Shown here: one piece after another, positions 15,980 through 17,324 of the stretch
Layout of the letters: each line of letters begins with the position of its first letter
Position numbering within the stretch: position 1 is the first letter of the stretch
DNA from: a virus
Taxonomy: Duplodnaviria > Heunggongvirae > Uroviricota > Caudoviricetes
Reading direction: 5' to 3' (one strand)
Length of the DNA: 17,324 nt
Virus record (IMG/VR): IMGVR_UViG_2693429706_000005
Position numbers and translations under genes: made by a program
The notes under the pieces: model-generated
Database searches by the model: none
The model's input: only the letters and a program-made list of their open reading frames with translations
Told to the model about the DNA's origin: nothing

Positions 15980-15994
15980 TTAGTATAAAAAAGC
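15980..15994. other. Lambda attachment core (prophage-host junction, attL-type B-O-P')
   Basis: Reverse complement of 15980-15994 is gcttttttatactaa, the 15-bp lambda core; the int-proximal side (15903-15979) matches the phage P' arm as I recall it (…gttggcattataaaaaagcattgcttatcaatttgttgcaacgaacaggtcactatcagtcaaaataaaatcatt…) and the ybhC side is the bacterial arm. Confidence 0.85.
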
Positions 15995-16040
15995 AGGCTT
16001 CAACGGATTCATTTTTCTATTTCATAGCCCGGAGCAACCT

Positions 16041-17324
16041 GTGAACACATTTTCAGTTTCCCGTCTGGCGCTGGCATTGGCTTTTGGCGTGACGCTGACC
16101 GCCTGTAGCTCAACCCCGCCCGATCAACGTCCTTCTGATCAAACCGCGCCTGGTACCTCTTCTCGCCCGATTCTGTCGGCAAAAGAAGCGCAGAATTTCG
16201 ATGCTCAACACTATTTTGCATCCCTGACACCAGGTGCTGCAGCGTGGAATCCTTCCCCGATTACCCTGCCTGCGCAACCTGACTTTGTTGTCGGCCCGGC
16301 GGGCACTCAAGGTGTAACGCATACCACGATTCAGGCGGCGGTAGATGCGGCAATTATCAAGCGTACCAACAAGCGCCAGTATATTGCCGTGATGCCTGGT
16401 GAGTATCAGGGAACGGTATATGTCCCTGCCGCTCCGGGTGGAATTACTCTGTACGGTACAGGTGAAAAACCGATTGATGTGAAGATTGGGCTTTCCCTTG
16501 ATGGTGGCATGAGCCCTGCCGACTGGCGTCACGACGTCAACCCGCGCGGCAAATATATGCCAGGTAAACCAGCGTGGTATATGTACGATAGCTGCCAGAG
16601 CAAACGCAGCGACAGTATCGGTGTTCTCTGCTCTGCGGTCTTCTGGTCACAAAACAATGGCCTGCAACTGCAAAATCTGACCATCGAAAACACGCTGGGC
16701 GATAGCGTAGATGCAGGTAACCATCCGGCGGTGGCACTGCGTACTGATGGTGACCAGGTACAGATTAACAACGTTAACATTCTCGGTCGTCAGAACACCT
16801 TCTTTGTCACCAACAGCGGTGTGCAGAACCGTCTGGAAACGAATCGTCAGCCGCGTACGCTGGTGACCAACAGCTACATTGAAGGGGATGTGGATATCGT
16901 TTCTGGTCGCGGCGCAGTGGTGTTCGATAACACCGAATTCCGCGTGGTGAACTCACGTACTCAGCAAGAAGCGTATGTGTTTGCACCGGCTACGCTGTCC
17001 AACATTTACTACGGTTTCCTCGCCGTAAACAGCCGTTTCAATGCTTTCGGTGATGGTGTGGCGCAACTGGGCCGCTCGCTGGATGTTGATGCCAATACCA
17101 ACGGTCAGGTGGTGATCCGTGATAGCGCCATCAACGAAGGTTTTAACACGGCTAAACCGTGGGCCGATGCGGTGATCTCTAATCGTCCGTTTGCGGGTAA
17201 TACCGGCAGCGTAGATGATAACGACGAAATACAGCGCAATCTGAATGACACTAACTACAACCGCATGTGGGAATACAATAACCGCGGCGTGGGTAGTAAA
17301 GTGGTTGCAGAGGCGAAGAAGTAA
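16041..17324 (+). CDS. ybhC: YbhC, outer-membrane lipoprotein of the pectinesterase-like family (427 aa)
   Basis: GTG start; signal peptide with lipobox LTAC; recognised as E. coli YbhC, the gene flanking attB-lambda on the gal side; TAA stop at the window end. Confidence 0.88.
   Translation: MNTFSVSRLALALAFGVTLTACSSTPPDQRPSDQTAPGTSSRPILSAKEAQNFDAQHYFASLTPGAAAWNPSPITLPAQPDFVVGPAGTQGVTHTTIQAAVDAAIIKRTNKRQYIAVMPGEYQGTVYVPAAPGGITLYGTGEKPIDVKIGLSLDGGMSPADWRHDVNPRGKYMPGKPAWYMYDSCQSKRSDSIGVLCSAVFWSQNNGLQLQNLTIENTLGDSVDAGNHPAVALRTDGDQVQINNVNILGRQNTFFVTNSGVQNRLETNRQPRTLVTNSYIEGDVDIVSGRGAVVFDNTEFRVVNSRTQQEAYVFAPATLSNIYYGFLAVNSRFNAFGDGVAQLGRSLDVDANTNGQVVIRDSAINEGFNTAKPWADAVISNRPFAGNTGSVDDNDEIQRNLNDTNYNRMWEYNNRGVGSKVVAEAKK

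Larger units (their letters stand above)
2118..15994. mobile_element. Truncated lambda-like prophage (nin, replication, immunity, Red recombination, xis-int and att core only)
   Basis: Contiguous run of genes recognised as lambda or DLP12-like, ending in the lambda att core next to ybhC. No Q, lysis, head or tail genes and no second att core copy are in the window. Confidence 0.85.

Overview
The window runs from chromosomal asnB and an elongator tRNA-Met (3' end masked by 10 N), through about 13.9 kb of a lambda-like prophage left arm, to ybhC beside the lambda attachment core. The prophage is read here in reverse map order: a DLP12-like nin cluster (ylcG, rusA, ybcO, ninE, ybcN), replication genes (ren, P, O with internal iterons), a non-lambda immunity region (YdaT-like, Cro-like, CI-type repressor), Kil-like, Gam, Bet, Exo, small ea-region ORFs, a TraR-like protein, Xis, Int and the att core. 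No Q, lysis or structural genes and no second att copy are present, so this looks like a truncated or rearranged prophage. Three AT-rich accessory islands interrupt the backbone. The strongest candidate for an undescribed system is the island between ninB and ren (about 3740-5650), which carries a 472-aa protein I cannot place in any family, a convergent 84-aa ORF and a shared palindromic terminator. The other two are an outer-membrane lipoprotein gene downstream of the repressor and a 200-aa polytopic membrane protein between the TraR-like gene and xis. All protein identifications rest on recalled similarity, not on searches.
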